64,000 nucleotides of DNA, from positions 195,078 through 259,077 of the forward strand of contig JACROC010000005.1 of the NCBI GenBank assembly GCA_016214655.1, given 5' to 3'. Source of the DNA: Candidatus Harrisonbacteria bacterium (lineage in GTDB: Bacteria > Patescibacteriota > Minisyncoccia > UBA6257 > 02-FULL-45-10c). The notes under the pieces are model-generated. The model worked only from the letters and a program-made list of their open reading frames with translations, did not search any database and was not told the origin of the DNA. Below, in pieces: positions 50,030 through 59,590 of the stretch. Each line of letters opens with the position of its first letter. Positions within the stretch are counted from its first letter, which is position 1. The position numbers were made by a program, and so were the translations under genes.

Positions 50030-51373
50030 ATGACACAGTCATTAAAACTTCCTCCGCAAAATTTAGAAGCCGAGCAATCGGTGCTTGGCGCTTTAATGCT
50101 GGATAAAAACTCTATTATTAATGTAGCGGATATTTTATTGCCGGAAGATTTTTATAAACCGGCCCACGCCAAAATTTATGAAACTGTATTAAATTTATAT
50201 GAAAAACGGGAACCGATTGATATCTTGAGCGTTACCGCAAAATTAAAAAATGAAAATGTATTGAAAGAAATAGGCGGCAACTCCTATCTAACTCAATTAA
50301 TCGAGTCGGTACCAACTGCCGCGCACGTGGAGCATTATGCGAAAATAGTCAAAGAAAAAAGGGTTTTGCGTGATCTCATCAAAGCTTCTGCGGAAATCAC
50401 TGAAAATGCTGTAGATGCAACCGAAGATATTGAAACTATCCTGGACGGCATAGAACAAAAAGTTTTTGCGATCTCCCAGCATTCTTTCAAGCAAAAATTC
50501 ATTAAATTAAAAGATGAACTTCTGGGCGCCTATGAAAGAATCGAGAAACTGCATCGCGGCGAAGGCGGTTTGCGCGGAGTAACCACCGGATTTTCGGAAA
50601 TTGATAATATGCTTTCTGGACTGCAAAAATCGGATATGATAGTTCTTGGCGCCAGACCATCGCTCGGAAAAACCTCGCTGGCACTGGATATAGCCAGAAA
50701 TGCGGCGCTGAATGACAATCAGCCAGTGGCAATTTTTTCCTTAGAAATGTCGCGGGAACAAATTGTAGATAGATTAATATCTGCCGAAGCTCAAATCCCG
50801 CTCTGGGAATTAAGAACCGGACGCTTAAAAAATGATGAGGATTTTGAACTGATCCAGCACGCATTAGATCAGTTATCTAAGGCGCCGATTTTTATAGACG
50901 ACACGCCATCCCCCACTGTTCTTCAAATGAGATCCATGGCTCGCCGTCTGCAGGCTGAACACGGATTAAGCCTGATAATAGTGGACTATCTCCAGCTGAT
51001 ACAGCCCAGAGCCCACTCCGACAGCTTGGTTCAGCAGGTTACTGAATTTTCCCGCGGCCTAAAATCCATGGCCCGAGAATTAAACGTGCCGGTATTGGCG
51101 GTTTCCCAGCTTTCCCGCGAAGTTGATAAAAGAGAAATAAAAAGGCCGCGTCTGGCAGATCTCCGGGAATCCGGCGCCATTGAACAAGATGCCGATGTGG
51201 TGCTTTTCATTTACCGCAAAGATCAAGACCGGCTTAACCCGACATCTGAAGAACAAAATACCGCAGAAATCATTATTGCCAAACACCGCAATGGTCCGAC
51301 TGGCACGGTGAAATTGAAATTTGATCCAGAAAAAGCGAGTTTTAGATCAATAGATAAACACCATGTTGCCTGA
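50030..51373 (+). CDS. dnaB: Replicative DNA helicase
   Basis: PPQNLEAEQSVLG, ARPSLGKT, FSLEMS, DYLQL, LRESGAIEQDAD. Confidence 0.98.
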   Translation: MTQSLKLPPQNLEAEQSVLGALMLDKNSIINVADILLPEDFYKPAHAKIYETVLNLYEKREPIDILSVTAKLKNENVLKEIGGNSYLTQLIESVPTAAHVEHYAKIVKEKRVLRDLIKASAEITENAVDATEDIETILDGIEQKVFAISQHSFKQKFIKLKDELLGAYERIEKLHRGEGGLRGVTTGFSEIDNMLSGLQKSDMIVLGARPSLGKTSLALDIARNAALNDNQPVAIFSLEMSREQIVDRLISAEAQIPLWELRTGRLKNDEDFELIQHALDQLSKAPIFIDDTPSPTVLQMRSMARRLQAEHGLSLIIVDYLQLIQPRAHSDSLVQQVTEFSRGLKSMARELNVPVLAVSQLSREVDKREIKRPRLADLRESGAIEQDADVVLFIYRKDQDRLNPTSEEQNTAEIIIAKHRNGPTGTVKLKFDPEKASFRSIDKHHVA

Positions 51374-52013
51374 TCCTATTAAAAATTTCGTTACTATTTT
51401 TTCTAAATTGCCTTCTATTGGACCGCGGCAAGCTACGCGGCTTGCTTTTTATATCAGCGGGCTTGGTAAAACTAAAGTCAAAGAAATTGCCGACGCCATT
51501 GCCGAATTAAATACTTTAATCACCTGTGCCCGCTGTTTCCGAACATTCACCCCGCCAAGGGCGGGACAAGCAGGCTCTGGCAAACTTTGCTCCATTTGCT
51601 CCGATCCAACCAGGTTAAAAAATCTCATTGCTATCGTAGAAAAAGAAACTGATCTTTTATCTTTAGAGAAAACGAAAAAATTTACCGGCTGGTACCTGGT
51701 AATCGGCGAACTGCATAAAAATGGCGAGCTTGAACCGGAACAAAAATTACGCTTATCCAGCTTAAAAAGCTTCATTCAAAAAGAGTTGGGAGGGAAACCC
51801 TCCTCCGCTGAAACTACGGCGGGCAAGGCCGAAGAAATAATCCTCGCCACCAATCCTACTGTTTACGGTGATCTTAACGCCGCTACCCTCAAAAAAGAAC
51901 TTGAGGGCCTTGCAAAAAAAATCACTCGCCTCGGCCGGGGAATCCCGACAGGCGGAGAAATAGAATTTGCCGATGAGGAAACCTTGGGACAGGCGCTTGA
52001 GCGAAGAAACTAA
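51363..52013 (+). CDS. recR: Recombination protein RecR with two small palindrome-derived insertions
   Basis: LPSIGPRQATR, C4 zinc finger, ATNPTVYG, RGIPTGGEIEFAD. Confidence 0.95.
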   Translation: MLPDPIKNFVTIFSKLPSIGPRQATRLAFYISGLGKTKVKEIADAIAELNTLITCARCFRTFTPPRAGQAGSGKLCSICSDPTRLKNLIAIVEKETDLLSLEKTKKFTGWYLVIGELHKNGELEPEQKLRLSSLKSFIQKELGGKPSSAETTAGKAEEIILATNPTVYGDLNAATLKKELEGLAKKITRLGRGIPTGGEIEFADEETLGQALERRN

Positions 52014-52038
52014 AAACAGTTGCCCTAGGCGACTGTTT

Positions 52039-52347
52039 TTAGTTCACTGAAACTATCTCCAATTCTGTAAAGTGTTGCCTGTGTCCTTTTTTCTTTTTAT
52101 ACCTAGTCTTGGAATGATATTTAAAAATAATTTTCTTGTCCCCGCGGCCTTGCTCTAAAACTTTAGCCTCCACCTTAGCACCACTAACGTACGGAGCCCC
52201 GACTTGAACATTCTCACCATCGGCAACCAATAAAACTTTATCCAAAGTTAAAGACGCGCCCGGTGCGGCATCTAATTTTTCCACTTTTAATTTCTGTCCG
52301 GGAAAAACTCTGTACTGTTTCCCTCCGGTTTCTACTACAGCAAACAT
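52039..52347 (-). CDS. rplU: 50S ribosomal protein L21
   Basis: AVVETGGKQY..KKGHRQ. Confidence 0.97.
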   Translation of the reverse strand: MFAVVETGGKQYRVFPGQKLKVEKLDAAPGASLTLDKVLLVADGENVQVGAPYVSGAKVEAKVLEQGRGDKKIIFKYHSKTRYKKKKGHRQHFTELEIVSVN

Positions 52348-52350
52348 AAA

Positions 52351-52695
52351 TTAGTTAATAGAAATAATAGCATTAACTGCTATTAAAATCAATATGGATA
52401 CAATCAAAGTATTACCGGCAAATATGTAAGATAAGAACTTTTCTCTCGAGTAAAGCTCCTTTGTCAGAAATAAGTTTATTAAAAAAATTGCCATAGCTGT
52501 AAAAACTATTTCAAAAACATCATACTTTTCTCCAAAAAAGTCTGCACCCCTATAACTATCAAAATGGATAACTAAAAGATTATTGGCTCCGGATAAATTT
52601 ATAAAGGCAGTTGCTGCCGCTATAACTAAAATAACCGCGCTCGCGGCAAAAACCGACATAATATATTTATCTTTTAAAATCATCGGGGCTGCCAT
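52351..52695 (-). CDS. Small 3-TM membrane protein
   Basis: 114 aa, LVIHFDSYRGADFFG. Confidence 0.7.
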   Translation of the reverse strand: MAAPMILKDKYIMSVFAASAVILVIAAATAFINLSGANNLLVIHFDSYRGADFFGEKYDVFEIVFTAMAIFLINLFLTKELYSREKFLSYIFAGNTLIVSILILIAVNAIISIN

Positions 52696-52696
52696 G

Positions 52697-52771
52697 TGGT
52701 CCCATCGGGATTCGAACCCGAGTTTTCGCGATGAGAACGCGACGTCCTAGGCCAGGCTAGACGATAGGACC
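52697..52771 (-). tRNA. tRNA-Glu(CTC)
   Basis: GGTCCTA..TCGCG-TTCTCAT-CGCGA..GTTCGAAT..TGGGACCA. Confidence 0.93.
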
Positions 52772-52920
52772 AAAGTGATCTCCACACTAATGGATAAAAA
52801 TACTATAATATAAAAAATGACTACTTCAAAGTAGTCATGTAATAGGAATAAAGTTCCCTAATTTCCTCCATCCCGACGCTTCGGTCGGGACCCCGACCTT
52901 CTTGGGGCGTCAGGGCTACC

Positions 52921-54162
52921 CTAAAATTGTTGAATCTCTTCAACAATTTTATCTAATCTGATGCCATGCGATCCTTTAACCAAGATCAAATCCCCTTTTC
53001 TAATCAGTTTTTGTACTTCCGGCGCCGCTTCTTCCGCAGTATCAAAACTATAAATATTTTTAAGATTCATTCCTTCGGCTTTGGCGGATTCGCCAATAAA
53101 TTTAGCCCTGGATCCAACAGTTACCAAAATATCAAAATTATCAGGTATTAATTTCCCGATGCCCTCATGCGCTTCAACGGTATATTTTCCTAACTCCAGC
53201 ATATCCCCCAATACCGCTACTTTACGTTTTGCCGGCCAGCTTCTAATCGTATGGATAGCAGCCTCAACTGAAAGCGGGGAGGCGTTATAAGAATCATCCA
53301 AAATATAAGAATGTTTGATTCCAGAAATTATTTTTCCTCTGCCAGGTGGCGCAGAATAGTCCCAAAGAGCTTCGGCAATTTTAACCAAATTTAATCCAAA
53401 AGCTATTCCCACACAAGCAGCCGCAGCTGCCGCATAAGCTTGCGCCTTGCCAAAACATCCGTCGAGACGGATCGGCACAAAACTGCCGCCATAATTTAAT
53501 TTAAAAGCGATGCCGGCCGGCCTTTCTCCTTCCATGCGAGTTTCATAATTGGTCATTTGAACTTGCGCGCCCTCGCCAAATCCAAAAGTCATTATATGAG
53601 CCCTAGTCCGTTCTTTCATATTTAAAACGATTTCGTCATCATAGTTCAAAATAGCAAAACCAGTAACTGATAATGCTTCAATAATTTTTGATTTCTCTCT
53701 GGCAACCGCTTCCGGACCGCTGTAAAACTCAACGTGAACCGGCATATTGCCAACCGTTGTTACCACTCCAATTTGCGGCCTGGCAATATCAAGGAGATAT
53801 TTAATATCGCCTGGCTTATCGGCCGCATATTCCAAAACCAAAAGCTCCGGATATCGCATCCTGAATATTAAATGCAAGACAGAAACAGCTATTGCCTTAA
53901 TCCAGAAAAGTTTCCCGCTGATAATCTGCCAGTCTCCAAGAATAGTTAAGGGCAATCCGATTTCATTATTAAAATTTCCACTGCTTTTCCTGACATTACG
54001 ATGCTTCTTTAAAACAGTGTAAATCGCCTCTTTTGAGGAAGTTTTTCCGACGCTTCCAGTAACTCCAATGACTCCGGGCTGATATTTGCGGAGAGTCCAC
54101 ATTGCCAATAGCCGCAATGTAGTTTGGAGGTATTGTTGAAGTTTTTCCTTATTCATAAGCAT
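52921..54162 (-). CDS. murF: UDP-MurNAc-tripeptide--D-Ala-D-Ala ligase
   Basis: GVTGSVGKT, NNEIGLPL, DDSYNASP, LGDMLELG, LVKGS. Confidence 0.95.
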   Translation of the reverse strand: MLMNKEKLQQYLQTTLRLLAMWTLRKYQPGVIGVTGSVGKTSSKEAIYTVLKKHRNVRKSSGNFNNEIGLPLTILGDWQIISGKLFWIKAIAVSVLHLIFRMRYPELLVLEYAADKPGDIKYLLDIARPQIGVVTTVGNMPVHVEFYSGPEAVAREKSKIIEALSVTGFAILNYDDEIVLNMKERTRAHIMTFGFGEGAQVQMTNYETRMEGERPAGIAFKLNYGGSFVPIRLDGCFGKAQAYAAAAAACVGIAFGLNLVKIAEALWDYSAPPGRGKIISGIKHSYILDDSYNASPLSVEAAIHTIRSWPAKRKVAVLGDMLELGKYTVEAHEGIGKLIPDNFDILVTVGSRAKFIGESAKAEGMNLKNIYSFDTAEEAAPEVQKLIRKGDLILVKGSHGIRLDKIVEEIQQF

Positions 54163-54291
54163 TAAATTCTAAATCCTAATATCTAAATTCTAAATAAATT
54201 CAAAATGCTAAAATTCTAATAATCCAAATTTTTTAAGTTTTTATATTTGAATTTAATCATTATTTAGGATTTCGTGCTTAGTGCTTAGAAA
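54163..54291. repeat. Inverted heptamer arrays (TAAATYC)n ... (TTAGGAT/TTAGTGC)n
   Basis: Fill the ftsI-murF spacer. Confidence 0.7.
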
Positions 54292-55923
54292 TTATTCTAA
54301 ATGGTCCGGTGCCACATTATAATAATTTAAAATAAATTCCGCTAACTCTCTGAACGCCGGGACTACGGTCAATCCGGCCAGCGGAGCGCCTTGCGGCTTA
54401 TCTATTCTTATTAAAATTGTAAATCTCGCATCGGAAGCCGACGCAAAACCTATATAAGTATGGATATATTCTTCAGTATAACCGCCATGCTTAAAATCCG
54501 GAATTTGGGCAGTTCCAGTCTTACCAGCCACATCGAATTTAGGTATTTGCGCAATGGTTGCTTTTTTCACTGCGGAAATCATCATTTTAGTCGCTTCTTG
54601 AGCCGCTTCTTCAGAAATCACCCTCCTCATAACCTCCGGCTTTTCATCTCTCAATAAGTGAGGCTTCATTAACAATCCGCCATTAGCAATAGCCGAAAAG
54701 GCATTTATCATTTGAAGCGGCGTAACCGAAACTCCCTGTCCAAATGCCGCTGTAGCGAAATTAACATCCCGATAAGTTGACTTCAAATTGCCCAAACTGC
54801 CGCTTAACTCTCCGGGCAGAGCAATGCCAGTTTTCTGGCCAAATCCGAATTTCACTAAATAATTATAAAAAATGTCTTTGCCAATTAATTTCTGCGCATA
54901 AGCCGCTCCGGTATTGATAGACTGCTCGATCACCTCTGTCATAGTTATTTTGCCATGCGCTTTATTATCCCAATTTTTTATAGTCCGCCCGTCCAGCATC
55001 AAAGATCCGCTATCATAGAAAGTAGTGTCTGGTGTCAATTTATGGCTATCCAATCCGGCAGACATTGTAATTACCTTCATCACCGAGCCAGGCTCATAAA
55101 TAGCTTGAATTACCGGGTTCAAAAAAGATTCAACTTTATTTTCTGAATAATTATTCGGGTCAAAATTGGGATAAGCCCCTAAAGCCAAAATTTTCCCAGT
55201 CTTCGGTTCCTGGACTAAAAACATTCCCTTCTCGGCCTTATATTTTTTAATCAATTCTATTAGTATCTCTTCAGCTCGAGCCTGAATGTTCGGATCAATA
55301 GTCAAATAAAGATTTTCTCCGGCCACCGGGTCAATAATACGATCATCATCCAAGCGTCCGGCTTCGCCATCCAATTGATCATTATAATATAATTCCAATC
55401 CATAACGCCCCCGAATGGCCCGGTCTTCAGCGTTTGGACCGGTAAAACCTATTAATTGAGCCGCTAAATTTTTAAACGGATAAAAACGGTCATTTTCCGT
55501 ATCGATATAAACACCGCGAAAATTTAACTCGCGTACAGAATTTACTTGTTCTCCGGACGCCTTGCGCAATAATAATTCATAGGGGTCATTGGATTTACCT
55601 AAAGATGCCAGTAATTTTTCTTTATCAAGATTCAGGATATTACCCAAAGATTCTGCGGCCCATTGCGGATTTTCCAATTCTTTGGGCACCGCAAAAATTA
55701 CCGGGTATTCCTTAGTTATGGCCGCTGGAACGAAATTATTATTCCGATCAGAAAAATAAATACTGCCCCTTTGCGGCTCCAAAAAACCGGCCAACCTATG
55801 TTGAGAGGCAGCCCGAGCAGAATAATAGCCGCCCTTTTCAATTTGTAAATTATAAATATTAAAAATTAAGGATGAGTATAAAAAGGTGAAAAATAATATT
55901 ACTAAAAAAAGACGGTAGCGCAT
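54292..55923 (-). CDS. ftsI: Class B penicillin-binding protein (FtsI/PBP3)
   Basis: EPGSVMK (SxxK), SIN, KTGTAQ; dcw context. Confidence 0.9.
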   Translation of the reverse strand: MRYRLFLVILFFTFLYSSLIFNIYNLQIEKGGYYSARAASQHRLAGFLEPQRGSIYFSDRNNNFVPAAITKEYPVIFAVPKELENPQWAAESLGNILNLDKEKLLASLGKSNDPYELLLRKASGEQVNSVRELNFRGVYIDTENDRFYPFKNLAAQLIGFTGPNAEDRAIRGRYGLELYYNDQLDGEAGRLDDDRIIDPVAGENLYLTIDPNIQARAEEILIELIKKYKAEKGMFLVQEPKTGKILALGAYPNFDPNNYSENKVESFLNPVIQAIYEPGSVMKVITMSAGLDSHKLTPDTTFYDSGSLMLDGRTIKNWDNKAHGKITMTEVIEQSINTGAAYAQKLIGKDIFYNYLVKFGFGQKTGIALPGELSGSLGNLKSTYRDVNFATAAFGQGVSVTPLQMINAFSAIANGGLLMKPHLLRDEKPEVMRRVISEEAAQEATKMMISAVKKATIAQIPKFDVAGKTGTAQIPDFKHGGYTEEYIHTYIGFASASDARFTILIRIDKPQGAPLAGLTVVPAFRELAEFILNYYNVAPDHLE

Positions 55924-56007
55924 AATTCCGAAAATAGTATTGTCCGCCTATCAATTGGCAAGCGGTTTATGTTCATGAACCATAATATATTATTTTCCCT
56001 AATTGAT

Positions 56008-56104
56008 AAGGGGAATTTTGATCTAGCCTCAAGGCTGGCTGACGAGTTTGTGGTTGAATACCACAGCGAGGAAGCATAACGCAGAAGATAGACAAAATTT
56101 CCTT
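56008..56104. repeat. Single palindromic unit of the AGGC..GTGG-CCAC..AACGCAG family
   Basis: caaggctggctgacgagtttgtggttgaataccacagcgaggaagcataacgcag within a closing stem. Confidence 0.65.
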
Positions 56105-56124
56105 ACCCTTCGGGAATCTTGATT

Positions 56125-56430
56125 TCAATTTAGGGAAGATAACATGTTATGGGTCATATAATCTGGATTCTTATCTGAAACAAGATTTTGCTTATCCACA
56201 ATAGAAGAAAGGTTTCGGGAATCTAAGATTTGATACAGCTGATTGCGCAGATCGGCGTTGGTAACTTCCAATTTTTGTACAACTTTTTCTTGCAAACTAA
56301 TTTTGTATTTCAAACTGACATTAGAATTGTAAAAACGGATATTAAAAATGGCTAACATCAAAATAAGAACGGCAATATATAAAAATTCGTTGGTATAATA
56401 TCGATTTTTTGTTGGTTCAATGATTGTCAT
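56125..56430 (-). CDS. FtsL-like bitopic coiled-coil protein
   Basis: TM plus leucine-zipper-like segment between rsmH and ftsI. Confidence 0.7.
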   Translation of the reverse strand: MTIIEPTKNRYYTNEFLYIAVLILMLAIFNIRFYNSNVSLKYKISLQEKVVQKLEVTNADLRNQLYQILDSRNLSSIVDKQNLVSDKNPDYMTHNMLSSLN

Positions 56431-56437
56431 ATATATT

Positions 56438-57313
56438 TTAGAATATTATTGCTGCCCGGAGTTTCGCCGACCTAGAACGGGGGTTTTTTTTAATTTCCTC
56501 CAAGCTAGCGGTAATGGGTTTTTTAGTTAAAATTTTTAATCGACCCGCTTTGGCTAATTTCCTAAAACTGTTTTTCACTATCCGGTCTTCCAGTGAATGA
56601 AATGAAATAACTACTACCCGACCTCCAATTTTCAAAATCTTTTCTAATGAACCTAAAACTTTTTCTAAATTTTCTAATTCTTTATTCAAATAAATCCGGA
56701 ATGCTTGGAAGGTCCTGGTCGCCGGGTGAATCCGCCCATACTCATAAGACTTTGGCGTTGCCTGCCGGATGATTTCCGCTAATTGCCGGCTGGTAGAAAT
56801 CTGGTGCTTATTTCTAAAAATGGCTTCGGCTATTTTCTTCGCATAACGCTCCTCGCCATAAATGTTAATAATTTCTGCTAATTCCTCAATAGAAGCTTTC
56901 TTCAGAAAATCCGACAGCGGCTGCATTTTTTCGTCATAAGTCATAATCAACGGCTCATCGCTCCGGAAACTAAATCCTTGCCCGCTTCCTTCCAGCTGAT
57001 CCGAGGAAAATCCCAAATCCAGAAGCAAGCCGTCGGATTTAAAAAAATCATATTTCTCCATAATTTCCGGCAAATCGGCATAATTACCATGAACAATTAA
57101 AAGATTTTTCTGATTTTTAAATTCGTCCTTCAATTTTTCCACCGCCTTTTTATCCCAATCAACTATTAATAATCTTCCTTCCGGACCAGCGATTTTAGCC
57201 AATTCCCTGGCGTGACCACCGCCGCCTGCGGTTCCGTCAATCATTATTTCTCCCCTCTTTGGGTCGAGTAACTCAATTACTTCTTTTAAAAGAACAGAAA
57301 CGTGCGCCGTCAT
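56438..57313 (-). CDS. rsmH: 16S rRNA m4C1402 methyltransferase
   Basis: HVSVLLKE, DGTAGGGGH, DLGFSS, HPATRTFQA, SFHSLED, NPRSRSAKLR. Confidence 0.97.
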   Translation of the reverse strand: MTAHVSVLLKEVIELLDPKRGEIMIDGTAGGGGHARELAKIAGPEGRLLIVDWDKKAVEKLKDEFKNQKNLLIVHGNYADLPEIMEKYDFFKSDGLLLDLGFSSDQLEGSGQGFSFRSDEPLIMTYDEKMQPLSDFLKKASIEELAEIINIYGEERYAKKIAEAIFRNKHQISTSRQLAEIIRQATPKSYEYGRIHPATRTFQAFRIYLNKELENLEKVLGSLEKILKIGGRVVVISFHSLEDRIVKNSFRKLAKAGRLKILTKKPITASLEEIKKNPRSRSAKLRAAIIF

Positions 57314-57741
57314 ATACCGAGCCCCTCCAAGTTTTCTGCAATGTCCTCCGAAGAGGCCTCGGTTTTATCTTTATACTTCTTCCAGCTTTCCTCATCCCAG
57401 ATTTCCAAACGATTATATAAGCCAGCTATCACGGTTTGCTTTTTTAATCCGCCATATTCGCGCAAATAATCAGGAAGTAAAATCCTTCCCTGAACATCCA
57501 AATTTACTTCCATCGCACCGCCCAACATTAAACGGCTAAATGCCCTGGAATTAGCCTGGGATATCGGCAGAACTTTTATTTTTTCCGCTAATACATCCCA
57601 TTCTTTTTTTTCAAAAACAAAAAGACAGCGATCCAGTCCGCGCGTTACAATCGCGCCATTTTTAAAAGCCTCGCGGAACTTCGCCGGTACCGCTACTCTG
57701 CCCTTATCGTCTATTGAATGTTTAAATTCGCCGATGAACAT
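57310..57741 (-). CDS. mraZ: Transcriptional regulator MraZ (start MFIGE at 57741)
   Basis: IDDKGRVAVP, LDVQGRILLP, RLEIWD. Confidence 0.96.
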   Translation of the reverse strand: MFIGEFKHSIDDKGRVAVPAKFREAFKNGAIVTRGLDRCLFVFEKKEWDVLAEKIKVLPISQANSRAFSRLMLGGAMEVNLDVQGRILLPDYLREYGGLKKQTVIAGLYNRLEIWDEESWKKYKDKTEASSEDIAENLEGLGI

Positions 57742-57754
57742 ATATTTAGGTTGA

Positions 57755-57825
57755 TTATCCCCAGATTTGAGGGTTATCCCCATACTTATCCACAATTCCC
57801 CACTACAATTTAATTGTACCCCACT
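57755..57825 (-). promoter_or_regulatory. Probable MraZ-binding TGGG(G) repeats
   Basis: Repeated CCCCA/TCCACA on the + strand directly upstream of mraZ. Confidence 0.6.
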
Positions 57826-57912
57826 AAGGTCAAAAAATAAAATAGCTTAAAATAACCAAATTCCCTTCAATTTCCCTCTTAAAAGCCCGTTTTTATCCTC
57901 AAGTTATCCACA

Positions 57913-58054
57913 CCCCGTGACCATAACAAGAATTGCTTGCAGTTTAAGAGCGGATGACCGGAGTTAAGTTGATGTCTTAATCTTGGAAAATCATGTATCG
58001 ATTGCCATACCATATTTGCAAGAATGAGCGCTAGATTCTTGTTATGGTACGGGG
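57913..58054. ncRNA. Candidate rod-shaped ncRNA (strand unknown)
   Basis: ccccgtgaccataacaagaat pairs with attcttgttatggtacgggg; inner stems. Confidence 0.4.
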
Positions 58055-58141
58055 CACACCCCCCAATAAAAATTTGTAATCCCCCATAAAATCAACTATT
58101 ATCTTATAAGCTCTCAACGATGTGAAAATGGAGAATGTTAA

Positions 58142-58384
58142 ATGGTACCAAAAGATAGCGCTTTTTTCCTCAGCCTGGACTGGGATACTATAAACATTAA
58201 GACCCCTTTTTCTAAAGATGAAAACGGAATCAAAAAGGTTACTTCAATAACGGCCTGGCCGGATAACCCGGAAGCTGATAATCCAGAAAATTCAGAGGCA
58301 GCCTTCCGACTTGACCAAAGCACCAATACCGCCCACAGCTTTCTATACCGGAAAAACATGTGGAAAGAACCTACGCCAAATTGA
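58142..58384 (+). CDS. Small hypothetical protein
   Basis: 80 aa ORF with GGAG upstream, followed by a hairpin. Confidence 0.45.
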   Translation: MVPKDSAFFLSLDWDTINIKTPFSKDENGIKKVTSITAWPDNPEADNPENSEAAFRLDQSTNTAHSFLYRKNMWKEPTPN

Positions 58385-58454
58385 AAATCGGAATTGAAAT
58401 AATTATTACCCCCATACAAGAACAAAAACCGGACTAACCGGCTTTTTATATTTG

Positions 58455-58526
58455 TGGGCGCTACAGGGATCGAACCTGTGAGCTCTCGAATGTGAATCGA
58501 GCGTTCTACCACTGAACTAAGCGCCC
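58455..58526 (-). tRNA. tRNA-Val(CAC)
   Basis: GGGCGCT..CTCGA-TTCACAT-TCGAG..GTTCGATC..AGCGCCCA. Confidence 0.93.
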
Positions 58527-58580
58527 GTGAAATAACTATAAATAAAAAATACCCCGATTTCAATCGGAGTATTTTTTATT

Positions 58581-58955
58581 TTATTGAAGTTCAGCGGTGG
58601 CTCCTGCGCCCTCAAGCTTCTTCTTCAGATCTTCCGCCTCTTCTTTTTTTAGCCCTTCCTTTACAACTTTCGGAGCGGCATCGACTAAGTCCTTGGCTTC
58701 TTTTAAGCCGAGGCCAGTTACTTCCCGGAGAACCTTAATCACTTGGATCTTCTGGCCTCCGCCTTCTTTTAACAAAACGTTCCAGGCGGTTTTCTCTTCA
58801 GCCGCCTCCCCTCCTCCGGCCGCAGCTCCGCCGGCAGCCATCACCGGCATTGCCGCAGAAACTCCGAATTTTTCTTCCATCGCCTTTACTAATTCGGCAA
58901 GCTCGGTAACTTTCATTTCTCCAATTTTAGTTAATAAATCGTTATATTTTTCCAT
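58581..58955 (-). CDS. rplL: 50S ribosomal protein L7/L12
   Basis: [28 protein letters not shown]. Confidence 0.98.
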   Translation of the reverse strand: MEKYNDLLTKIGEMKVTELAELVKAMEEKFGVSAAMPVMAAGGAAAGGGEAAEEKTAWNVLLKEGGGQKIQVIKVLREVTGLGLKEAKDLVDAAPKVVKEGLKKEEAEDLKKKLEGAGATAELQ

Positions 58956-58966
58956 ACGCTTACGCT

Positions 58967-59054
58967 AACTATGATACTAATATACGAATTTTACTAATGA
59001 TACGAATATTTGTATTATTAGTATCATTCGCATGCATTAGTATATTGGTATCGC
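58967..59054. repeat. 9-mer-based inverted repeat element, copy 2 (rplJ-rplL spacer)
   Basis: Matches 46679-46785. Confidence 0.85.
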
Positions 59055-59055
59055 G

Positions 59056-59562
59056 TTAGGTTAATTTTTTCGACCTCTCATTTAAGACTAATAATAATTT
59101 CTTAATTGGCATTGTTAACATCATCGCAACCTGCGCCAGCAATACTTCTCTTGGCGGCAGAGTGGCAATTGCCTTAAACTCATTAGAATCAACAACTCTA
59201 TTCTCATTGGCATCATAAGCTCCCGCTACCAAAAACTCTCCTTTTTTCTTTTTAGCCAAGTCCTTGGCGAATTTATGCACCAATCCGGCAACCGAAGTTA
59301 AATCGCCTTTAGAAAATATCGTGGCTAACTGGGTTTTTGTATTGGCGGGATCAAAAGAAACTCCGGTATTCTTCAGCACTAAATTAAGCAGTCTCTTTTT
59401 CAAAACTTTCACCTCTGCTCCAACTTTTTTCAATTCACCCCTGAGCTTTTTTAAATCCTCAACCAATACCCCATTAAATTCGGTAAAGACCAGAGATTTG
59501 CTTTCCTTAACTTTCTTGATGCCTTCCTCTATAACTGATGTTTTTTGTTTTTTAGTTAACAT
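59056..59562 (-). CDS. rplJ: 50S ribosomal protein L10
   Basis: LRGELK..VLKKRL..LPPREVLLAQV; upstream of rplL. Confidence 0.95.
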   Translation of the reverse strand: MLTKKQKTSVIEEGIKKVKESKSLVFTEFNGVLVEDLKKLRGELKKVGAEVKVLKKRLLNLVLKNTGVSFDPANTKTQLATIFSKGDLTSVAGLVHKFAKDLAKKKKGEFLVAGAYDANENRVVDSNEFKAIATLPPREVLLAQVAMMLTMPIKKLLLVLNERSKKLT

Positions 59563-59590
59563 ATTACTTAACTAACTATTAAATTAAAAT

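Noticed and set aside
57780-58140. oriC
   Set aside because: Only two DnaA boxes and no adjacent dnaA/dnaN.
58138-58563. 141-aa minus-strand ORF
   Set aside because: Runs through tRNA-Val; spurious.
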